Assembly: GCA_964016885.1 (NCBI GenBank)
Contig: OZ024740.1
Span: forward strand, 226,982,001 to 227,046,000
Reading direction: 5' to 3'
Source of the DNA: Eledone cirrhosa
Taxonomy: Eukaryota
DNA: 64,000 nucleotides
Every line of letters begins with the position of its first letter. Within the stretch, counting starts at the first letter, position 1. Of this stretch, positions 41,395-54,014 are shown in pieces. Position numbers and translations under genes: made by a program. The notes beneath the pieces are model-generated. The model saw only the letters and a list, made by a program, of their open reading frames with translations, did not search any database and had not been told where the DNA came from.

Positions 41395-41590
41395 AGTATG
41401 ACCCCGACAGCAGAGTTCAAGCCGTTTCGACAGCTATTTCTGGACAAATAGTCCAGAAATAGCCGTCGAAACGGCTTGAGCTCTGCCGTCGGGGTCATAC
41501 TTTATCTTATTTCCCACTCTACTACCCTAAGTATTGAGTATTCTGGTGTATTATGGTCCATTTGGTTCCTTACCACAATTCCTTTGTTAT
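41395..41590. repeat. Family P repeat, inverted relative to 40190-40417
   Basis: ~50 bp hairpin arms (41397-41500) followed by the reverse complement of 40190-40265. Confidence 0.8.
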
Positions 41591-41632
41591 ATATATATAT
41601 TTCTCTATCTCCATATATATATGTGTGTGTGC

Positions 41633-41669
<37 letters not shown>

Positions 41670-42075
41670 ATCCTCATAATATGAGTATGTGCATTATATG
41701 TGTGTGTGTGAGTATATGCAGCCCAGAAAGTTTTCAGACAGTAATGGCCCAGGCTGCAAATAGCATAAGTGCATATGTATAATGAAATATGTTACAAATC
41801 CATATGAATATTGGTAGGGTAGCAACAAAGTGTACTTAGTCAATTTATTTTATTCCCCCTTGGATTGCATCGACGGTACTGCCATGGATATACATAAATA
41901 TATGTAGACATATGTATATGCATGTATGTATATATATGAAAGTATATATATGTGTGTGTGCATATATATATGAAAGTATATATATCTGTGTGTGTATATA
42001 TATGAAAGTATATATATGTGTGTGTGTGTGTATCATCATCATCATCATCAACGTTTAACGTCCGTGTTCCACGCT

Positions 42076-42134
<59 letters not shown>

Positions 42135-43326
42135 CATTGGACTAGTGCACTTACATTAAGAGAGGAGATTCAAGAAATATGTGTACTGAAGAAGAAAATG
42201 CAGAGAGGAGTGGGGAGAGAAAAAGAGAGATTGTGTGTGAGAGAATGACAGAGAAAGAGAGTTGAAAGGCGGAAAAGAGATAGGTACACACAATGAATCC
42301 TTCAGGAAATAGGAATTTTTTTTCATTTGCTTATCCATACTAGTATGGAAACCAGACATAAAATGATGATGATGATAATGATTTTGATCATCATCATCAC
42401 CATCATGATTACTCATAAGAGAAATGTCAGTGTTGTCCTACCTTAGTAGGACCTCCAAAAATGTTGCAGCATGTGGGGAAAATGGAACTGCAATTTTTAG
42501 GAAGCAGTGTAAAGTTATTTGTCCTGATACCCAAAAGATCAGCTCAAAATTCTTGCAATAGAGAAACTGTGACTCTCAATCATAATATAATATAATAACA
42601 AAATTAATGTGTACAGTGTTCGGGTGCACTACAACTCATCATCAAAAGTGCATTATCCTCATCTTTGGTTAAGATTTTTTTTTTTATTTTGGTGTGTGTG
42701 TGGGGGGGGGGGGGGGGGGCATTATTTGAGACCCAAGAGTAGTTAGTAACTTTCATTAGAAATACAGTAATGAAAGGGTTAATGATTCTGCAAGTAATAG
42801 TTCTTTGGTATAATCAACCTATATTCTAGTCACATTTGTTTCAGAACTCAAGTGATCTCATTAGATGAATCATGAAATACAAACACTACTGATGGTGATG
42901 ATGGTGATGCATTCTCTCTTTTGTAGTTTGTTGATGTTTTCCTTTTGTTTTTGGTTTTTTTGCTTTATATATATTAGTATTTATTCATAAATTGTTAATA
43001 TTTGATGTATATATAAATATAGTACAATCACCAATAGACTGTTCATTCTTGTTCAGAAATAGGTTTCTCAGTTCATATGTAAATTTTACAAAAGAGAGGA
43101 AAGAAAGAAGAAAAAGATAGGGTGACAAACAAATAGACAGACTGACAAACAAATATGGAAGCACATTTATGAAAATATTATAAATTCATTTCACATATTC
43201 AACAAACTAATTATAATATTGAAGTTCAGCGACAGACCATAATCACGCAAATTTTACACGCACATTATGTTAATATATATATTTCCCTAAAATATACCAT
43301 ATATATATATACACACACACACACAC

Positions 43327-43403
<77 letters not shown>

Positions 43404-43408
<5 letters not shown>

Positions 43409-43585
43409 TCATCATCATTTTACGTCCGCTTTTCCCTGCTTGCAAGGGTGGGACCGGAACTGATTATGGCTTGATTTCTACAGCTGGATGCCCTTCCTAA
43501 CACCAACCTCATTTACAGTGAGTGCTGGGTGCTTTTTTCCATGGCGCCTACACGACGACTTTGCAGTGGGAGGGTGTGGGGGCAT
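43404..43585 (-). mobile_element. RTE-type 3' tail fragment
   Basis: Near-identical to 403-558. Confidence 0.85.
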
Positions 43586-43805
43586 ATTGTCTATATGCTT
43601 GTCTGCTTTTCCCTGCTTGCACACACACATATATATATATATATACACATATATATAATAAGGAGTTGACGGACCCACCATATTTATCTATGCCAGGACT
43701 GGTTATATCTCAGCGTACTCAATAGGCAATGTAGGATAAATTCCCAGAGTATACACAGTTATTCGCTTCAATACAACACACATAAAACGGGTGCCTATAG
43801 TAGTT

Positions 43806-43916
43806 CCTGGACTCGAATTTTGGCCACGCCTAATGCAGAAGTTGGGTGCACTGCACCTTCTGTCTGCATATATTATGCAACAATGCATAATCGGCTTATG
43901 TGGCTTCATCAGCGGG
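43806..43916 (-). ncRNA. Decayed hammerhead ribozyme with an 84-nt stem II
   Basis: cccg-CTGATGA-a-gccac...gtggc-c-AAAA-t(tcga)g-TC-cagg; GAAA>AAAA and cggg>cagg are consistent with CpG decay. Confidence 0.6.
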
Positions 43917-45219
43917 TATCACCTAATCAATAACCAATCGATCGACAGAATCCAAACCCCAGCCCATGGATAGATAGATATATATCAGATAGGGTGTGGT
44001 AAAAACCAGGTAGACCATATCCCACCAGAGTACTCGATACTTGGGGTAGTAGAGTGGGTAATAGGAAATGATTCAAACTGTCGAAACAGCCAGAGCTCAG
44101 CCGTCGGGGTCCTGAATCTTTATATATATAAATATATATATATATATACAGTATATTTTAGGGATTCCATTTTAATATAAATTTAACACCGTTTATATAC
44201 TTACTCATTTTAAACATTTATACGACCATTTATTAATACACAAATGTTTTATTTCTAATTTGACAACAAATGTCTATTACTATATCAGGTGTATGTGTAT
44301 GAGGGATGTCTGTGTGTGTGTATGCATATGTGTACGTCTAGTTGTATTTTATATAGATAACTTATATATCTAGATAGCTGATATATATTAACGATATATT
44401 TCACTGTCAATGCCAAAATATAATATTCCATGTTTATATATCATCATCATCATCATATGGCCACTTTCCATATCTTCCTTTTTTTTTTATCCTTACTCTA
44501 CCCAATCTTATTACAGCTCATGCACCCCCTAATAACTACTTTCCCTCCCCATATACTCACCCCAAATTTTCCCACTGACTTTTCCCCTAGTTATACTGTC
44601 TGTGCCACTGAATATTCAGTCTTCTTTGATGATACCTGTGTGTACACAGGTGAAATTACAGAGTAACACTTTGCCATAATAAATAATATTTAAACTCTAC
44701 TTTGGTATTGAGTACTGATTTTCACATCCATCAACAGCACATGTGTATGTGTGTATGTAGATATAGAGATATATACGTATTTATTATATATATATATATA
44801 TATATATAACTTTGCCTTTCATCCTTACAGAGTCGATAAAATAAAGTACCAGTAATGTACTGACCTTGTGCCAAAAGTAGAAACAATTATATATATATAT
44901 ATATGTGTGTTTTATATATGTATTATGTGTTTGTTTTGTTTTATTTATCAAGTATGTATCTCTCTCTCTCCCTCTCTCTCTCTATATATATATATATATA
45001 AGTATGTATACGTACATACATATATGTATACAGACGTACAGTAGTATGCATATATATATATATATATATATATACATACATGCACACATATATATATGTA
45101 CGTATGGATTCACCGAACATTTATTATAATGCTCGGTGTGTTTGTAAACAAACATCCCGTATTAAGCCGTAGTGTCTAGCAACCATCGTTGCTCGTTTGT
45201 TCAACACTGACAAAGCAAC

Positions 45220-45258
45220 GCTGTACTAGTTTCAAGCTTATTAGCTATCGTCAGCAAT
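45220..45258 (-). ncRNA. Minimal type I hammerhead ribozyme, intact core
   Basis: ttg-CTGACGA-t-agct(aata)agct-t-GAAA-ctag-TA-cag: palindromic ACTAGT stem III, GUA triplet, weak stem I. Confidence 0.7.
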
Positions 45259-45289
45259 ACGTACATATATATATGTGTGCATGTATGTA

Positions 45290-45322
<33 letters not shown>

Positions 45323-45909
45323 GCATACTACTGTACGTCTGTATAGATATATGTATGTACGTATACATACTTATATTTAAGTAACAGCCGTACTAAGAGT
45401 GAGAAATGAAATTTTGTTTCATTTTTTCCGTTTATATATATATACATATATATATACATACATAATACATACATATATATGTCTATATATATACACACAG
45501 ATATATACATCATCATCATCGTTGTTTTAACATCCACTTTCTCTGCTAGCAGGGGTTGGATATAATATCCATTGTCAGCATATATTCTTTTTAAATAACA
45601 GCTTTCTGTGGATTTTATTTCAATGTTTTACCCATTATGAAATAGTAATTTACTTTCAAACTAAAATATAAAATACTCCCTTTATCCCTTTACATCATAA
45701 TGTATCTCTCTAACATTACATTTATATAATCACTTCATATAAAATTTCACTCTATCTTTTCATTTTCATGTTTATTTATCTGTATGCAGGCGTACAGTTT
45801 GCTTCACTGGTGCAATCTCTGTGTGTGTATCGGTTCAGAGTGGTACATGTCTATGTACTGATACATAAAAGGAAAAAGGAAAATTAGAATGAAATTGTAT
45901 TATAAGTGT

Positions 45910-46325
45910 ATCATCATCATCATCATCATCATATTTTTTATGCCCATTTTTCCATGTTTGCATGGGTTATACTGGTCCTTCTCAGCATAGCATCTCTCCA
46001 CTCATCGCATTTCCTTTGTCATCTCCTCTGTGAGTGTCAGTGATATGAGGTCAGCTCTCACAACCTCTTCCCAGGTCTTTCTTAGTCTACTTCTACTGTG
46101 GCTTCCTTCCACTAGCATTTCCTGGCACTTCTTCACCCAACAATCATTGTCCATGCACATCACATATCCATACCAACGCAGTCTTCTCTCCTGCACACCA
46201 CCTCAGATTCATCTTAAACCCTGTTTCTCCCTCAACTTGTCCAAGCTCTGCCTTTCTCTCATACTTTCATTGCACAACCAATGGAGCATGGTTGCTTCAT
46301 TTCTCTCCAATCTACGCAATCTCTG
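45910..46325 (-). mobile_element. RTE LINE 3' fragment
   Basis: QERRLRWYGYVMCMDNDCWVKKCQEMLVEGSHSRSRLRKTWEEVVRADL followed by a (TGA)n tail. Confidence 0.9.
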
Positions 46326-46579
46326 ACATGAATACACATATATATATATATTATCATCATCATCTTATACCCACTTTCCATATTCAATGAATCATAACAG
46401 TTAACTTATACTATTCTTATAGGCTTAACACAGAATTCTGAGCTAGGAATCTTAACCCTTTCATGATCATATTTCTAATGAAGTAACCTATATTTCAATT
46501 AATTAATTGTTTCTAATTTTGGCACAAGGTCAGCAATAAACCAGTACATTACTGGTACTATATTTCAATTAATTAATGG

Positions 46580-47020
46580 AGTTTGTCCAGCCGCTTTCTC
46601 TTTGCACCGGTTCCCATCAAGACCTCAGGCATCCTTGGACCCCCGGACAGCTGACCTCATCCATAAAATCAGATCAATAGCAGCCCACCTGAGAAAGGAG
46701 CCCCACGAGGTGGTGTAGCTGTTACAGTGGGTGTCTCTAGTCATTGTCTGCAGAAATGTCATTGCCATTTTGTTCGGGGGGGGGGGGGGGGGCACAGCCA
46801 AAACACCACTCTGACCTTGGTGTAGAGTCTGACATGCTCTCCCCCTTCCCCCTTTCTCTTTCTTCCTTTGTCTAATAGTCCTTGCTTTTCCCCTCCTTTT
46901 CCTCTCATTTATGGCATTTATAGTCCTTTCCGATACTGCTTTCTTTTTCTGTTATGATTTATCAATTTATAGTTATATCAACAATAAATGAATACAATCC
47001 ATTAGGACATAATATTTTTT
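46580..47020 (+). mobile_element. CRE-like LINE 3' fragment
   Basis: RFLFAPVPIKTSGILGP.TADLIHKI...EPHEVV*LLQWVSLVIVCRNVIAI resembles the F.PVAVET.G..GP...L.QR.S.....GNA terminus. Confidence 0.65.
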
Positions 47021-47340
47021 TTATTAATGGAGAATTTAGAAGATTTATTAAAATTATTATTTATTTAATTATTAAGATGATACTTGTAACACAAATTATG
47101 TTAGAATATTTGAATTTAAATAGGAACCTTTCAAAATGGATGATTTTGTTTCATAGAACTAAAGGCAGCAGTTTTAAGTGGGTTGGCATTGATAGGCTTA
47201 AGATGGACTTGTATACCAGGTCAACTACTAAGCCACAATTCACATTATCTTGTTTTATCATCTTATTCTTCTCCTGGCAGTCTTTTGTTATAAATATATT
47301 AGAAAGTGTTTATTCTAACATCTTTGGACTATTTCTACCT

Positions 47341-47798
47341 TTAACCCCTTCATGACCACATTTCTAATGAAATACACTCTATTTTAATTAATTAAGGAAG
47401 AATTTCAAAGGATTTACTAAAATTATTGATTATCTCGTTACTAACATAGTAATGAATGTAAGGTTCTTATATAAAATTATTTTGGAAGATTTTAACCCTT
47501 TAATATTGACATTACTCTATACATACTATTGTATTTTCATAGTAAAGGCTTTATCTCACATAATATCGAATGTCTATGAGATTTTGATATTATTTATTTT
47601 GAAAACAATACTTTAACATCAGCAGGAGTGGCCAGTTACAGCCGGTTATGGTTTGAAAAGAAAGAGGTGAGAGAATTCTGGCTGGATACAGTCGGTTTAA
47701 ATGTTAAAGGGTTAATTTTAACTGGAAACATTTAAAATGTGTAGTTTTATTTCATTGAACCAGAGCTGGTCTTGTTCAGGTAGGTAACAAAAGGGTTA
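47341..47798. mobile_element. piggyBac-like MITE family C with a second piggyBac-like MITE (47492-47715) nested at TTAA
   Basis: Outer ttaacccctt...aaagggttaa; inner ttaaccctttaatatt...aatgttaaagggttaa, homologous to 29843-30067. Confidence 0.8.
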
Positions 47799-48231
47799 AA
47801 GTGTTGCTTAATATTCAATGTTCAAGGCATATTTTACAATTGTTGTTTCAATATTAAAGGTTCTAAACTCTGTAAAGGTTTGCAAACTTGAAAACCTAAG
47901 CCATAACTTCATGCCTTAGTAGGAAACCATTATCCTTAATAGTTACTCAATATATCCAGCAAAACCAACCATGTCACCATAATAAATTTTCTTAGTTGGC
48001 ATCTTTCACGATAATCACTCTCCCACCATTTACCCCATCTCTCTCTCTCCCACCTGCCCCCTCTCTCTCTCTATATATATATATATCTATATATATATAT
48101 GTGTCTGTGTTTGTGTATGTATACGTATGTCTGCATATATATATATATATGTGTGTGTGAGTGTGTAAGTGTATATATAGATATATATATATAATATGTA
48201 GTATATATATATATGTATATATATATACTAC

Positions 48232-48287
<56 letters not shown>

Positions 48288-48300
48288 GTAGTATATATAT

Positions 48301-48344
<44 letters not shown>

Positions 48345-48349
48345 GTATA

Positions 48350-48415
<66 letters not shown>

Positions 48416-49071
48416 TTCATCACTGTTCTCTGGGATTGCCTCTAATCATAGCCAGGGAAGTCAACCATTTCCAAGTAGAGATGAAGGCAGGGTGGGATAT
48501 AGGGAGTTGCACATGTGAGGTGGGTGTAGAAAGAAGGTGGAAAGAAAGAATAGACAAATCAGGAGGTTGGCAAGATGGACTGAAATCAGTAATTAAGAAA
48601 TGAGTCACTGATGGTAGAGGAAGCTAGAAGATGTCAGAAGAGAGTGAACCAGAGATTCACTAATTTTCTTCATTACCCCCTTCAGACATCATGGACTGGT
48701 AGTAAATTTTACCCAAAACAGTGTGGCAGAATATCTTGGAACTTTTCCTCTTTAATCATCAATTTTTCTTGCCCCCCCCCCACTCCCTCTGTTTCTCTCC
48801 CTTCCTCTCTGTCCCTCCCCCTCCTATCTCTCTCCCTCACCCTCTCTCTCTTTTGTTATCTATTTATATATCATTCTATATATCCATTCTATGTATCCAT
48901 TTATCTATCTTCCTCACGAACATATACTGACCATCTCTCATACAATTACATATGTAGTTCACGTTCTCTCTTTCAGTCTGTTCTCTCTCACACCAAACTC
49001 ATGAATATGTGTGTCGAGGGTGTATGTGGGTTTGTATGTAGGTGTGAGCACACACACACACACATATATAT

Positions 49072-49400
49072 TGAGGCACATGGCTTAGTGGTTAGAGCAT
49101 TGGACTTGCAATCAAAAGGTTGTGAGTTCAATTCTCAGACCGGGTGATGTGTTGTTTCCTTCAGCAAGAAACTTTATTTCACATTGCTCCAGTTTACACA
49201 GCTGTAGAAATGAGATGATAGGGACTGGGATCCATATCATTCCACTGCAAAGTGGTCGTGTAGGTGCCACGGCAAAAAAGCACCCAGCACTCACTGTAAA
49301 TGGGGTTGGTGTTAGGAAGGGCATCCAGCTGTAGAAATCAAGCCAGAATCAGTTCCCGTTCCACCCTTCCAAGCAGGGAAAAGTGGACGTAAAATGATGA

Positions 49401-49402
<2 letters not shown>
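49072..49402 (+). mobile_element. Full-length SINE family B with an RTE-derived 3' tail
   Basis: A-box tggcttagtgg, B-box gagttcaattc, family B core, then ...gttaggaagggcatccagctgtagaaa...ggacgtaaaa(tga)n. Confidence 0.88.
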
Positions 49403-49445
<43 letters not shown>

Positions 49446-49453
<8 letters not shown>

Positions 49454-50076
49454 CAAGGTTTAGCAAATAAGAAAAAGTTTCAAAATAAATTTTTAAAAAT
49501 TAACTTTACCTACTATGGTTACCTTTACCGAATCGTTTCGAGTCTCAAAAATAAACGGACAGTCCATACGGCGTCCGTTGCAAAGATAAACTCTCGTCAG
49601 AAGGATCTTTTCACTCGGAGAATATAATATTCCCGAGTTCAAATTACGAACTGGCGCTATTCAAAATTGATCCCGAGATCAGAATAAATGAAGTGGAAGC
49701 AATTCTTTCAAGTGCCGTGTGTAAAGATAGAGGCAGAGGCAGGGAGGTCAGTCTACTACCACTATAACTAGCAGCAGTCAGAACAACCAAATTTTTTTCT
49801 CAACCAAGAGGAGTTAATAATAAAGTATATGTTCCTACACGCACAAGGCACTTAGGGACATATGTATTGTCCAACCATATGCCAATGTGGTTCAATGGCA
49901 GGTTAATAAATTAACGAGCCAGAACATATATAATCAAGGTTTAGCAAATAAGAAAAAGTTTCAAAATAAATTTTTTTAAATTAACTTTACCTCCTATGGT
50001 TACCTTTACCGAATCGGTTTCGAGTCTCAAAAATAAACGGAGTCCATACGGCGTCCGTTGCAAAGATAAACTCTCG
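49446..50076 (-). mobile_element. Retrozyme-like / Penelope pseudo-LTR partial tandem repeat (481-bp period)
   Basis: ~150 bp direct repeats (49446-49596, 49926-50076) carrying a hammerhead; both ends are embedded in (TA)n. Confidence 0.7.
49522..49604 (-). ncRNA. Type I hammerhead ribozyme with a 54-nt stem II
   Basis: cctt-CTGACGA-gagttt..aacggac(12 nt)gtccgtt..agactc-GAAA-cgattcgg-TA-aagg. Confidence 0.8.
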
Positions 50077-50107
<31 letters not shown>

Positions 50108-50199
50108 TACACATATACCATATTTCTATAATCCTCTCTCTTTCTCCCTCTTTCGCTTTCACACATACACATATAAATATCTGTAACTTATCATTTCCC

Positions 50200-50399
50200 A
50201 CTCACCTCCTCTCTCTCTCTTTCTCCCTCTCTCTCACCCATGCTACCTTCACTTATTCACATTACCTTTACCTGTCTATCTCTATCAGCTCTACTTCTCC
50301 CTATCTATTTCTTTCTCCCTATCTCTCTCTCTCTCTCTCTCTCTGTCACTTGATCTCACCCATGCAACCTCTACTTATTTACCTGTCTATCCCTATCAG

Positions 50400-50445
<46 letters not shown>

Positions 50446-50700
50446 TCTCTATCTCTATCTCTCAACCCCTCCTCCTCTCTCTCTCCCTCCCTCTCTCTCT
50501 CACCTGTACAACCTCTATTTATTTACCTGCCTATCCCTATCAGCTCTCTCTCTCTCTCTCTCTCTCTCAACTGCCCTCTCTCACACACACTCTCTCTCTC
50601 AACCCCCTCTCACTCTCTCTCCTCCCTCTCACCCCCCTCTCTCTCACTTTCTCTCACCCCATCTCTCTTAACCCCCCTCTCCCTCCCCTCACTCTCTCTC
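50200..50700. repeat. (CT)n-rich tract
   Basis: Read directly from the sequence. Confidence 0.9.
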
Positions 50701-51078
50701 CACCACCAACAATTTCTAATTTCTTCTTTTCATCATTTATTAACTCCCTCAGTTCTTCCACCTCCAGCTCTTTCACCTCATTTATTTCTTTTCTTCACTT
50801 TTTTTTCCTCTTACTCCTATATCCTCATTCATCTTCACTGATAATTCCTATTTTCTCCCCCCCCCCCCCCTTATCAAGTACGTTTATATTTGTTACTTAT
50901 TGTTTATATTTGTTACTTATTGTTTATATTTGTTACTTATTGTTTTTTTTTATTTTATTTATACACTTCCCTTATTATTTTTCTTTCTTTTTTTCTTTCT
51001 TCTTTCTTCTTTTTTAGTAACATAACTTACACTTCCTAGTTCCATCTCTAAAAGGTGTCATTCAGTCTAGAATTCACC

Positions 51079-51140
<62 letters not shown>

Positions 51141-51176
51141 ATTCATATATAAACACACATATAATATATATATATA

Positions 51177-51238
<62 letters not shown>

Positions 51239-51546
51239 TATACACATATTGTACATATATATATATACACACATATATATATATACACATATTGTACATA
51301 TAAATATATACACATATTGTATGTATACACATATATATATACACATATTGTATGTGTGTTTATATATGAATATTTACACACATATATATATATATGTATT
51401 GTATGTATATATATATATATATATGCATGTATCATCATCATCATCATCATACCTCCGCTTTTCCCTGCTTGCATATGTATATGTATGTATATATATGTAT
51501 ATATATATATATATATGTATGTATATATATGCATGTATATATATGC

Positions 51547-51611
<65 letters not shown>

Positions 51612-51687
51612 TATGTGTATATATATATATGTATATAGATATACACTCACACATATATATATATATGCATGTATATATATGTATAGG

Positions 51688-51718
<31 letters not shown>

Positions 51719-51743
51719 ATGTGTATATATATGTATTTGTATG

Positions 51744-51776
<33 letters not shown>

Positions 51777-51989
51777 ATATATATATAAAGATAGAGTGAG
51801 ATGTTTTGCAGCCCCATCTCACCATCTCACCAGGTCTTTTCAAGATGAATTTACTGTGTACAATATGACATTCCGTAGATAGGTGTTGGGAACAAGATAC
51901 TGTGTTGATATAATCAGTTTTCTTCTGATAGCTTCTATACATTCACTTCTCACACATACATCGATGTTGATGGACCTCCATCACTTACA

Positions 51990-52215
51990 ACGATGAGTGT
52001 TCTAGTTGTTTGAAGAATGGAATTGCCAGCTTTGGAAATTAATGTGCAAGTGGTTGAGCATTCTCAGACATGTTCAATTTTAATGCAGTTTTCAGGGAGA
52101 TTCGGCATGACATACTGCATGATAAGGCAGGCTCTTTTAATTATAGGTACAACCTCATTTTTGCCAATGACCTGGAGTGGGAAAATGTGAAATAAATTGT
52201 CTTGATCAAAAAAAC
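51990..52215 (-). mobile_element. Diverged SINE family B body/tail
   Basis: Reverse-complement homologous to 53290-53505; related pieces at ~14400-14530 and 60220-60370. Confidence 0.65.
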
Positions 52216-52247
52216 AACATAGATACAGGGTGCATACACATACATGA

Positions 52248-52326
<79 letters not shown>

Positions 52327-52332
52327 TATATA

Positions 52333-52548
52333 CATGGCTTAGTGGTTAGAGCATTAGCCTTGCAATCGAAAGGTTGTAATTTCAATTCTCAGACTGGGTG
52401 ATGTGTTGTTTCCTTGAGCAAGACACTTTATTTCACATTGCTCCAGTTTACTCAGCTGTAGAAATGAGATGATAGGGACTGGGGTCCCTATCATTCCACT
52501 GCAAAGTGGTCGTGGAGGTGCCATGGCAAAAAAGCACCCAGCTCACAC
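52333..52548 (+). mobile_element. SINE family B with RTE-type tail, 3'-truncated
   Basis: Close match to 49079-49295. Confidence 0.88.
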
Positions 52549-52981
52549 GGTATCTGTGTATATGTGTGTGTATGTAGCTATCTATCTATCTGACCCTCTT
52601 TCTGCTATATCAAGCGTTAACCTAATATATTCCTTCGATATACTGTACCAATAGTGTTGTTATTTCTGTTTACATTTTACATATATATACATATATATAT
52701 ATGTAATATATATATGTATATATATATGTAATACATATATATATATATGTAATATATATATATATATGTAATATATATATATAGATAGATAGATACATAT
52801 ATACGTACATATATACATACACACACATATACATAGACACATGCATACACACACACACATATATATATATATGTATATGTCTATGTATATGTGTGTGTAT
52901 GTATATATGTACGTATATATGTATCTATCTATCTATATACACATAGATAGATACATATATACGTACATACACATATACATA

Positions 52982-53074
<93 letters not shown>

Positions 53075-53282
53075 GCACGCACGCACACATATATATAGCA
53101 AGTGAGTGGCTGAAATCAAATGATTTATAGTGCCCCAGGGCATTGTGATATACATATTGATTTAAAAAACACTATATATATATATATATGACTAAACACA
53201 CACGTGCTTTTTCTCAAAATTTGTTTCCATTTCTTTCCTCTTCTCATGTGTGTGTATGCTTGTGTGTGTATGCGTGTGCATG

Positions 53283-53505
53283 TTTGTGGCCTTGAGCAAG
53301 ACACTTTATTTCACTTTGCTCCAGTCCACTCAGCTGGAAAAAATTAGTTACCTGTAATTCAAGGGCTAACTTTGTCACACACTGTGTCATGCTAAATGTC
53401 CATGAGAAATATGTTAAGAGTACATGTGACTGTAGAATGCTCAGCCACTTGCATATTAATTTTACAAGCCTGCTGTTCCATTGTTCAAATAACTGGAACA
53501 TTCAC
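53283..53505 (+). mobile_element. SINE family B, head missing
   Basis: ccttgagcaagacactttatttcactttgctccagtccactcagctgg. Confidence 0.8.
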
Positions 53506-54014
53506 ACCAAAACCAACAGAGGTTCATCACATATACATGATGTGTGTGTGTGTATGAGCGCGTGTGTGTGTGTGTGTGTTTGCATGAGTGTGTGTGTTTA
53601 TGTGTGTATATGTGTATGTATGTGTGTGCATGAATGTGTGTGGGTGTGTGTTTGCATGAGTGTGTATGTTTGTGTGCATGTATGTGTGTGTGTGTGTGTG
53701 TGTGTATGAGTGTGTGTGTGTGTGTGTGTGTGTGTCTGTGTTTGCATGTATGTATGTGGGAGGGTGCATATTATATATAGTAGCACGGATATCTCACACA
53801 TCTTCCATGGATAAAATGGTTGTCACTTGTGGATCAGACCATATCTAAGTTAATAAAGAATAGCTTAATAAATATTCATAACATAACACATTCTTGTATA
53901 TTTTTTCATACCATACTACACTCACACCCAGATAGTTTCCCCATTTTATCATTTACATGATATATATCTCTTGCTAGGACAGACAAGTATATATGTACAA
54001 ACTTTTTATCTATT

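Noticed and set aside
49072-49145. tRNA-like sequence with a TGC anticodon-like loop (also 52333)
   Set aside because: No acceptor stem, and it runs directly into the SINE core; it is a SINE head, not a tRNA gene.
49555-49767. ~70-codon plus-strand open frame inside the retrozyme-like unit
   Set aside because: No start codon, antisense to the ribozyme, and no recognisable motif.
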